DNA from: Nitrospinae bacterium RIFCSPLOWO2_12_FULL_45_22
Lineage (GTDB): Bacteria > 2-12-FULL-45-22
Direction of reading: 5' to 3'
Length of the DNA stretch: 33,582 bases
NCBI GenBank assembly: GCA_001803565.1
Contig: MHDQ01000083.1
Location: forward strand, 1 to 33,582
Shown here: piece after piece, positions 27,483-33,582 of the stretch
Position numbering within the stretch: the first letter of the stretch is position 1
Layout: each line of letters opens with the position of its first letter
Notes under the pieces: generated by a model
What the model saw: only the letters and a program-made list of their open reading frames with translations
Databases searched by the model: none
What the model was told of the DNA's origin: nothing
Translations under genes and position numbers: made by a program

Positions 27483-28247
27483 ATGCGACTGAAGGATAAG
27501 ATAGCCATTATAACCGGGGCTGGCTCAGGTATTGGCCGGGCCACAGCGAAGCTCTTTGCCCGGGAAGGAGCTAAAGTAGTAGCCAGCGATATCTTCACGG
27601 AAGGTTGCCAGGAAACAATCAATATGATCAAGTCCAGTGGTGGTGAAGCTATTATGGTTAAGGCCGATGTTTCCAGGGCCGATCAAGTCCAGGCTATGGT
27701 CAACGCTACTCTAGAAGCCTTTGGCCAGATCAATATTCTCTTTAATAATGCCGGTATCGAGTTAAGCGCCTTGATTACTGAAACCAGTGAGGAAGATTGG
27801 GACCGGATCATGAACACCAATCTAAAAGGGATATTCCTCTGCTCTAAATATACCATCCCGGAGATGATAAAAGTGGGTGGGGGCTCTATTATTAATACTG
27901 CTTCTATTGCCGGGTTGGTGGGTTTCAATAACCTGGGGGCGTATAATGCCTCTAAAGGTGGTGTAGTTATCCTAACCAAGAATATGGCTATAGACTATGC
28001 CCACTATAATATCAGGGTTAATTGTATCTGCCCTGGTGCCATTGAAACCTCTATGATGGAGCGTATCTTAGAGATGTGGGGTGGAAATATAGAAGCCATT
28101 AAACAGCAATTTGTTGCCCTACACCCCATTGGCCGTTTAGGCAAGCCAGAGGATATCGCTTATGCAGCCCTATATCTGGCCTCCGATGAGTCTTCTTTTG
28201 TTACTGGCAGTGCCTTAGTAGTGGACGGTGGCTATACTGCCCGCTAA
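27483..28247 (+). CDS. Short-chain dehydrogenase/reductase
   Basis: [30 protein letters not shown] at 27483 with RBS. Confidence 0.95.
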   Translation: MRLKDKIAIITGAGSGIGRATAKLFAREGAKVVASDIFTEGCQETINMIKSSGGEAIMVKADVSRADQVQAMVNATLEAFGQINILFNNAGIELSALITETSEEDWDRIMNTNLKGIFLCSKYTIPEMIKVGGGSIINTASIAGLVGFNNLGAYNASKGGVVILTKNMAIDYAHYNIRVNCICPGAIETSMMERILEMWGGNIEAIKQQFVALHPIGRLGKPEDIAYAALYLASDESSFVTGSALVVDGGYTAR

Positions 28248-28361
28248 AAATAGCAACGGAAAAATGAACTATACCACCTATACAGGCACGAGGAACCTAA
28301 ATCTACTGCATCCTCTTTCAATTCGACTTGGCCGAAATTCGTAAGGTTATTGAGGAGAAAG

Positions 28362-28934
28362 ATGCAAAAAAGATGTGAGTGGGCAACAACGGATCCGCTT
28401 TATATAGATTATCATGATAAAGAATGGGGTACCCCTGAGCATGATGACCGAAAGCTATTTGAATTTCTTATTTTAGAGGGTGTACAAGCAGGTTTGAGTT
28501 GGTTGACCATCCTCAGAAAACGCGACAATTATAGAAAAGCATTTGATGAGTTTGATATCAGGAGGATTGCTGAATATGATGAGAGAAAGGTAGAGGAGCT
28601 TCTTTCAAATAAGGGAATTATACGGAATAGACTTAAAATTACGGCGACTATTCAAAATGCCAAAGCAGTCTTCGCTATTCAGAAAGAGTTCGGCAGTTTT
28701 GATGCCTATATTTGGCAATTTGTAGGCGGCAAACCGAAGAGGAATGCCTGGAAAGCATTGAAAGAAGTCCCTTCCAAGACACTAGAATCAGATACCATGA
28801 GTAAAGATTTAATCAAGAAGGGGCTCAAATTTGTGGGCTCAACAATCTGCTATGCCTTCATGCAGGCGACCGGGATGGTGAATGATCATACTGTAGATTG
28901 TTTTCGGCATAACGAAGTACAAATTCCCGCATAA
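28362..28934 (+). CDS. tag: DNA-3-methyladenine glycosylase I
   Basis: RCEW, YHDKEWG, QAGLSW, IIRNRLKI, FVGSTICY, NDH...C. Confidence 0.96.
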   Translation: MQKRCEWATTDPLYIDYHDKEWGTPEHDDRKLFEFLILEGVQAGLSWLTILRKRDNYRKAFDEFDIRRIAEYDERKVEELLSNKGIIRNRLKITATIQNAKAVFAIQKEFGSFDAYIWQFVGGKPKRNAWKALKEVPSKTLESDTMSKDLIKKGLKFVGSTICYAFMQATGMVNDHTVDCFRHNEVQIPA

Positions 28935-29078
28935 TTTGGGATTGTGGTGATCACCACAACAGGGGGTTTATTTTCTCCTGCGGGCCTTGACAAATGCCTC
29001 TTCTCCCCTGGAACTTCAGTCAAGGGAATGGTGGAAGGTTTGTAGTTCTTTTCCTTATCAGTTTGGGATGAAGGTCCG

Positions 29079-29849
29079 CTAATTATTTTTGGCTCCTTGG
29101 CTTATCCACTCTCTTATAGTTTGAATCTGCTCATTGGTAAGAAAAGGACCTCCAAAAGGCATTCTTGCTCCAAAACCTCCTGCCTGTTCTTGGGTACCCT
29201 GGATCTTGTGAACCAAATAGCTATTATCTGGGTTTCCAGGATTTATCCGAAGCATAGAGGGAAGTTCTCGGCTGGGGACTCCCACGGCTCCGACTGTTGT
29301 GTCAAAAGGAGTGGATAAGTTCATGCCTTGCTGAGGATTTGGTCCAGCATGGCAGCCCGTTATAGCACAGCGGCTGTCAAAAATAGGCTTTACATCTGTA
29401 GAAAAAGAGATCGAAGAAGGCTGAGTGGGGGGCTGTTCTCCAATGATGTATGTCACGCTATCACTGGCTGTTTCTCCAGTCGAATTACCGACCTTTACCT
29501 CGACTTTGTGAGTCCCATTAGGAAGAGATACGCCAGGCACAACAATTTTTAAGGTATTTGCATCTGGGAACGTAGCTATTCTTGATTCAGGGAGCCGTAG
29601 TGCGGGGACTATTAAAGCGAATGTTATATCTTGGTCGTTCAGTAAGAGATTGAAAGAAAATAGAGAATTGATATCCGGCTGCACCTTGACTGTAATGGAA
29701 AATTCAAAGGGTTGGGTGGTTACTTCCCTGGGGAGTATCTGGACCTCCAAGGGAAGTTCAGCTCTACTTCCTGCGAATGGGATTGCTAGGGTCAATAGGA
29801 GTGAAAAACCTGTTACTAATAATCTGTATATTGAAATTTTGCCCTTCAT
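29079..29849 (-). CDS. Secreted protein: Ig-like region plus planctomycete-type monoheme cytochrome c domain (CX4CH)
   Basis: Signal peptide from ATG 29849 (RBS AAGGAGG); VKPIFDSRCAITGCH...PGNPDNSYL...RMP...IREWISQGA. Confidence 0.8.
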   Translation of the reverse strand: MKGKISIYRLLVTGFSLLLTLAIPFAGSRAELPLEVQILPREVTTQPFEFSITVKVQPDINSLFSFNLLLNDQDITFALIVPALRLPESRIATFPDANTLKIVVPGVSLPNGTHKVEVKVGNSTGETASDSVTYIIGEQPPTQPSSISFSTDVKPIFDSRCAITGCHAGPNPQQGMNLSTPFDTTVGAVGVPSRELPSMLRINPGNPDNSYLVHKIQGTQEQAGGFGARMPFGGPFLTNEQIQTIREWISQGAKNN

Positions 29850-29905
29850 ATGTGTATCCCTCCTTCCTATTTGCTCTTGCTGATCGCTAATAGTTAAACA
29901 TCTCT

Positions 29906-31003
29906 TCAAACTTTTCTAACTGAATCCCCAATATCTGACCACCATTCGCGGTATCCGGTATCATCTTTTAAAAAGCGATTAATTATAGTTTGGACTCGAC
30001 CATCATTTAAAAAGAAACCATGCGTTGCTTTATCGTACCATTTGCTTTTAATGGCAATGGTTAAAATATCGTCTTTGTAGATAGTTGAGCTTTCAAATGG
30101 TACCGTGCCATCACCATTTGGGGTCTCAGGCTGATCGAAATCAAAAAGGTTTTTCACCCTGTCTCTTGGGTCCTGTGGTTGAATGATTATCTTATTCTTA
30201 GTGCCCTCACCATCACCGATGATAACTAAGAATTTTCCCTTTGCCTCAGCCGGGAGTTGATTCAATTTAACCATTGCCGGATTTGTTTGTCTGAAATTTT
30301 TTAATTGAGACAACCTGTCCAAAAATATTGGGTTGCTTGAAATATTACTTTGCCAATGGTTTGGATTGTATAAATCAAATTGTTCACCGGAGCTAAATGT
30401 GATTGCCCCGTGGTAAACTGGCAATAATTCATAAACCGAAGGGAAAGTTCGGGCGATTTTGCGGAACTCATCGTTGGAATTAAATAATGGAAATTTGAAA
30501 CCGCCTTCTCCTACTATCAGGGAAATAAGGGCATTTATCGAGCCCTCGAAGGGACAGGCTGTTAATATCGCATGATCTATTATATCATAGTTGCCTGCCA
30601 GCTCCTTCAAATAGCATGAAAACACCATCCCACCCATACTGTGGGTCAAAAAGTTGAATTTATCTGTCTCGATTTTTTCTCTTAGATAATTGACATAGTC
30701 TCTCAATCGCCTCCCATTATCAGCACAGGATTTCCGCCAGTCATAGCCGAAGATGTAAATAGGACTCTCTGTTTTACGATTAATAATAATAACCGCTTCC
30801 CGATAGGCCAGGTCTTCTACATCAGAACGTTCAATAATGGCCCCTGGCTCAACCTCAAATCTCACATCCTTCTTTAATTCTAAGTCATAAATGCTCTCAA
30901 ACTTGCTCTGAATACCTGACCAGATAGTATCAAAATCAAGGGTATTTGTATTTACCAGGGTTGTTCCCTTTATACCAGGAATCAGTATTGTTGGCACCAC
31001 CAT
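29906..31003 (-). CDS. Alpha/beta hydrolase of the LCAT/phospholipase-acyltransferase type
   Basis: ILIPGIKGT, FGYDWR, THSMGG nucleophile, GDGTVP, C-terminal His. Confidence 0.85.
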   Translation of the reverse strand: MVVPTILIPGIKGTTLVNTNTLDFDTIWSGIQSKFESIYDLELKKDVRFEVEPGAIIERSDVEDLAYREAVIIINRKTESPIYIFGYDWRKSCADNGRRLRDYVNYLREKIETDKFNFLTHSMGGMVFSCYLKELAGNYDIIDHAILTACPFEGSINALISLIVGEGGFKFPLFNSNDEFRKIARTFPSVYELLPVYHGAITFSSGEQFDLYNPNHWQSNISSNPIFLDRLSQLKNFRQTNPAMVKLNQLPAEAKGKFLVIIGDGEGTKNKIIIQPQDPRDRVKNLFDFDQPETPNGDGTVPFESSTIYKDDILTIAIKSKWYDKATHGFFLNDGRVQTIINRFLKDDTGYREWWSDIGDSVRKV

Positions 31004-31252
31004 ATCTTGCTTCCTCCTTTTGTTATCACATCAGCCCGTACGCCATTGTCTGCCGTCCGTTGCTGTTTACTGACGGCGGCGGACAACGAACACCGGACGA
31101 GGGTTCTTTATCTGTGTTGTTGCAGCCATTTAAGAATGGCGCGAACACTTAACGCAAGGAGGCGGTTGCTCTGACCGCCTCCGTCGCCCCCGGTGGTGCA
31201 ACGTTCACGCCTGCCTGCTGCAGGCAGGGCAGACAGGTATGGCCACGTCATG

Positions 31253-31600
31253 TCAGGACAACAAGCCCGATAGATCCAATATGCGTTTTGACCATACACT
31301 TGACTGTTCAGCAACCCTATTGCGTTGCACAGGGTCAGCCCAAATGCTTGTCCATCTGCGTTGCCAACACGCTAGCTGAATCTGCAACTCGACCAATTCG
31401 GCAGCTATATCGATTTCAACCTCCGGCGCGGTCCACTCGATAAAAAACTTGCTTTCATCCAGTATGCTTTCAACTGCCTCATGATTCGCATAGTGGCTGG
31501 CAAATGACTTGATTCGACTCAAGTTTGCCGCCAGTCCACCTAAACGAACAGGGAGGTCATCACGCAAATAGCGTTCACGGACAACTATCCAGTCTCTCAT
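31253..31600 (-). CDS. Conserved helical hypothetical protein, partner of DUF5674
   Basis: ATGA overlap with the upstream gene; RLGGLAANLSRI...ESKFFIEW. Confidence 0.7.
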   Translation of the reverse strand: MRDWIVVRERYLRDDLPVRLGGLAANLSRIKSFASHYANHEAVESILDESKFFIEWTAPEVEIDIAAELVELQIQLACWQRRWTSIWADPVQRNRVAEQSSVWSKRILDLSGLLS

Positions 31601-31932
31601 ATGCCACCTAATAATTGAAGAGTGATCTCGGCTACGCGTTGTCGAATCGCCGGATCAAGGATTTCAAGTGAGGGGTTATTCTGACGCGGGCGAATGTTGA
31701 TGAGCGATTCGTAGGTGACTTGTTGTGAAGATGGACTCCAGTCTGCACCCCAAACATCTTCTTGTTGGCTACCATCTTCCAGTAAGGCTGATTCACAATC
31801 AGCGTGCAGTGCCCCGCCACCAGCCAAAATACCACATCGGATATCGACCGCCAGTTTGATATACGTGCCAAGCGCCTGAATCATTTCATCCATTTGCTGC
31901 TTAGTAGCGCGAGAGCGTATGATGTGAATCAC
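31597..31932 (-). CDS. DUF5674 family protein
   Basis: IKLAVDI...GGALHADCE..LLEDGS...VWG...ESLINIRP; GTG 31932 after GAGGTG RBS (ORF extends to 31944). Confidence 0.75.
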   Translation of the reverse strand: MIHIIRSRATKQQMDEMIQALGTYIKLAVDIRCGILAGGGALHADCESALLEDGSQQEDVWGADWSPSSQQVTYESLINIRPRQNNPSLEILDPAIRQRVAEITLQLLGGI

Positions 31933-32015
31933 GAAACACCTCAATGTCTACAGTGTACCATGCCATAAGGAGACGAGGCTAACACCAGGTATAAGCTGCC
32001 AAAAAATCTTCTAAA

Positions 32016-32180
32016 AATCTGTGTCATCTGTGAAATCTGTGGTTCCAAATGAAAAGGGTGTGGCTATTCTTTGTCATAAAGGCTATGTAATAAATTTGTA
32101 GTGGTCGAGCTTGTTCGACTTTATTTGCAGAGCAAGCTCTGCCACTACCCTGCCTGTGCCGGAGGCACGGCACAGGCAGG
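32016..32180. repeat. Cluster of repeats: AATCTGTG 9-mers, GTAG REP doublet, CCTGCCTG palindrome
   Basis: 32016-32044; GTAGTG-GTCGA..TCGAC / GCAGAGC-AA-GCTCTGC-CACTAC 32098-32148; CCTGCCTGTGCC...GGCACAGGCAGG 32149-32180. Confidence 0.65.
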
Positions 32181-32225
32181 CGATTACCACAAAACCGCAT
32201 TATTAAAATGAAAATTTCTATGCAA

Positions 32226-33320
32226 TTAAATTATACGGGGGCGGTCTTTTTCTTGGCCAACCGTTACCCGGGCAGCATCAAAAGGGGCAACTTCCCGGAA
32301 GACCCTCAGGGCTGCATCTATAACAGGTAAGGCCAGGGCTGCACCAGTACCTTCTCCCAGTCTGAGCCCTAGATCAAGGATGGGTTGTAAGCGCAAATAT
32401 TCCAGGGCCCGCTGATGTCCCTGCTCATTGGATAGGTGGCTGGCAAAGATATAATCCAATACCCTTTCCTGGAAGAGATAGGCCAATACCAGGCTGGCAG
32501 TGGAGATAAAACCATCTACCAGCATGGGGACCCCTTTAGCCGCCGCAGCCAGGATAGCCCCGCACAATCCCCCTAGCTCAAAGCCACCTACCTTGGTCAG
32601 GATATCTATGGGGTCTTTACTATGGGGCTGGTTATGTCTCAAGCCCTTCTCTACGGCAGCAATCTTTCTCCTCAGGCCAGCATCATCTATCCCGGTGCCC
32701 CGGCCCACTACTTCGCTGGCCAGGTAACCACTCGCAGCCGCTATAACCGCACTGGATGGGGTAGTGTTACCGATACCCATATCGCCCGTTAAAAGGATAT
32801 GTATACCTATTGCCCTATCGGTCTCTTGAAAGACCTCTATACCATTGATTATAGATTGAAGTGCCTGGTCACGGTTCATAGCTGGCCCTTGAGTAAAATT
32901 CCTGGTACCCCGATCTACCTTCTTGTGCACCACGCCGGCCTGCCCAGACAGGTCAGCCGCTACGCCCAGGTCTACTACTATTACCCTGGCATTGACCTGG
33001 TTAGCCAGGACATTGATAGAGGCCCCTTGTTTGACAAAGTTTGCTACCATCTGGGCAGTAACTTCCTGCGAAAAGGCACTGACTCCTTCTTCTACTACTC
33101 CATGATCCCCAGCCATTACCAATACTACCCTGCGATCTAGTCTGGGTTCCAGAGATTTTTGGATAGCTACTATCTTGATAGCCAATTCTTCTAACCGGCC
33201 TAGAGAGCCAATGGGCCGGGCCTGTTGAGCTAGATGGGCCTTTGCTCTCTCTGCCCATCTTTTATCCACTGGTTTTATTTGTCTAATGATCTCGCTTATT
33301 ATCTCTTCTGGATTACTCAT
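32226..33320 (-). CDS. cobT: Nicotinate-nucleotide:dimethylbenzimidazole phosphoribosyltransferase
   Basis: GSLGRLE, AGDHGV, GDMGIGNTT, VDGFI, LRLGEGTGA; ATG 33320 preferred. Confidence 0.95.
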   Translation of the reverse strand: MSNPEEIISEIIRQIKPVDKRWAERAKAHLAQQARPIGSLGRLEELAIKIVAIQKSLEPRLDRRVVLVMAGDHGVVEEGVSAFSQEVTAQMVANFVKQGASINVLANQVNARVIVVDLGVAADLSGQAGVVHKKVDRGTRNFTQGPAMNRDQALQSIINGIEVFQETDRAIGIHILLTGDMGIGNTTPSSAVIAAASGYLASEVVGRGTGIDDAGLRRKIAAVEKGLRHNQPHSKDPIDILTKVGGFELGGLCGAILAAAAKGVPMLVDGFISTASLVLAYLFQERVLDYIFASHLSNEQGHQRALEYLRLQPILDLGLRLGEGTGAALALPVIDAALRVFREVAPFDAARVTVGQEKDRPRII

Positions 33321-33366
33321 GGATCTGCCCTCAACTTTGAAAATCCGATATGACCACAAGAAAATC

Positions 33367-33490
33367 GGAATGGTTCAGGTATAGCCACAAAAAGGCACAG
33401 AAGGCACAAAAATTAACCACAACGCCACAAAGCACGGGGGACGTGTCCGTAATCCGTGACCGTTACTGCTTACAACGGACACGATCACGA
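33367..33490. repeat. Layered element upstream of cobT
   Basis: GGAATGGTTCAGG, GCCACAAAAAGGCACAGAAGGCACAAAA, AACCACAAC..., CCGT/ACGG hexamer hairpin. Confidence 0.55.
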
Positions 33491-33582
33491 GCTTTAAACG
33501 GTATCCAGATATTTTTTGACCAGGGTATAAGAGCTAAAAAAATCCGCCTCATTAAAGACTTCTAAGGTAAGGACTCCCGTAT

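Noticed and set aside
27278-27631. Minus-strand 117-aa ORF and similar short ORFs (1890-2129, 2295-2498, 6738-6935, 33350-33565)
   Set aside because: They are shadows of real genes or translations of palindromic repeats, with no RBS or domain support.
29850-29909. N-terminal extension of the cytochrome gene to TTG 29909
   Set aside because: ATG 29849 has a strong RBS and begins the signal peptide.
1920-33490. CRISPR array interpretation of the periodic repeats
   Set aside because: No constant 23-47 bp direct repeats with unique spacers and no cas genes.
33321-33582. Cobalamin riboswitch upstream of cobT (also checked before pduO)
   Set aside because: No recognisable B12-box or conserved core; the region is occupied by the repeat element.

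Overview
A 33.6 kb chromosomal window from a bacterium whose gene content suggests a diderm anaerobe or microaerophile; the taxon cannot be fixed from the sequence. It holds about 35 protein-coding genes. These include a DUF1329/LolA-like protein; an acyl-CoA dehydrogenase / 2-oxoacid:ferredoxin oxidoreductase / CinA / flavin reductase operon; a 41-aa desulforedoxin missing from the ORF track; PduO; and a frameshifted secreted beta-propeller protein. Next come a minus-strand redox/Fe-S cluster (FprA, Zn-ribbon, SDR, half-ferritin, NifS/IscS-like, IscU, thioredoxin) and a leucine dehydrogenase coupled to a sirC-ccsA/hemX-hemA-hemC operon. The rest are TetR, a MoaD/ThiS protein, a soluble histidine kinase, PHP, an MltD-like enzyme, RluD, an SDR, Tag, a CX4CH cytochrome c, an LCAT-like hydrolase, a DUF5674 two-gene module and CobT. 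I saw no rRNA, tRNA, CRISPR array or transposase. The most striking unexplained signal is non-coding: most of the larger spacers hold layered palindromic elements. These have a shared ~12-bp GTAA(C/G)CGTTCAG terminal inverted repeat, GCCAC-started arms and exchangeable 6-9-mer periodic hairpin cores, and they occur alongside GTAG-type REP doublets, sometimes nested inside one another. Also notable are an IscS homolog lacking the PLP-binding lysine and three good sigma-54 promoter matches.
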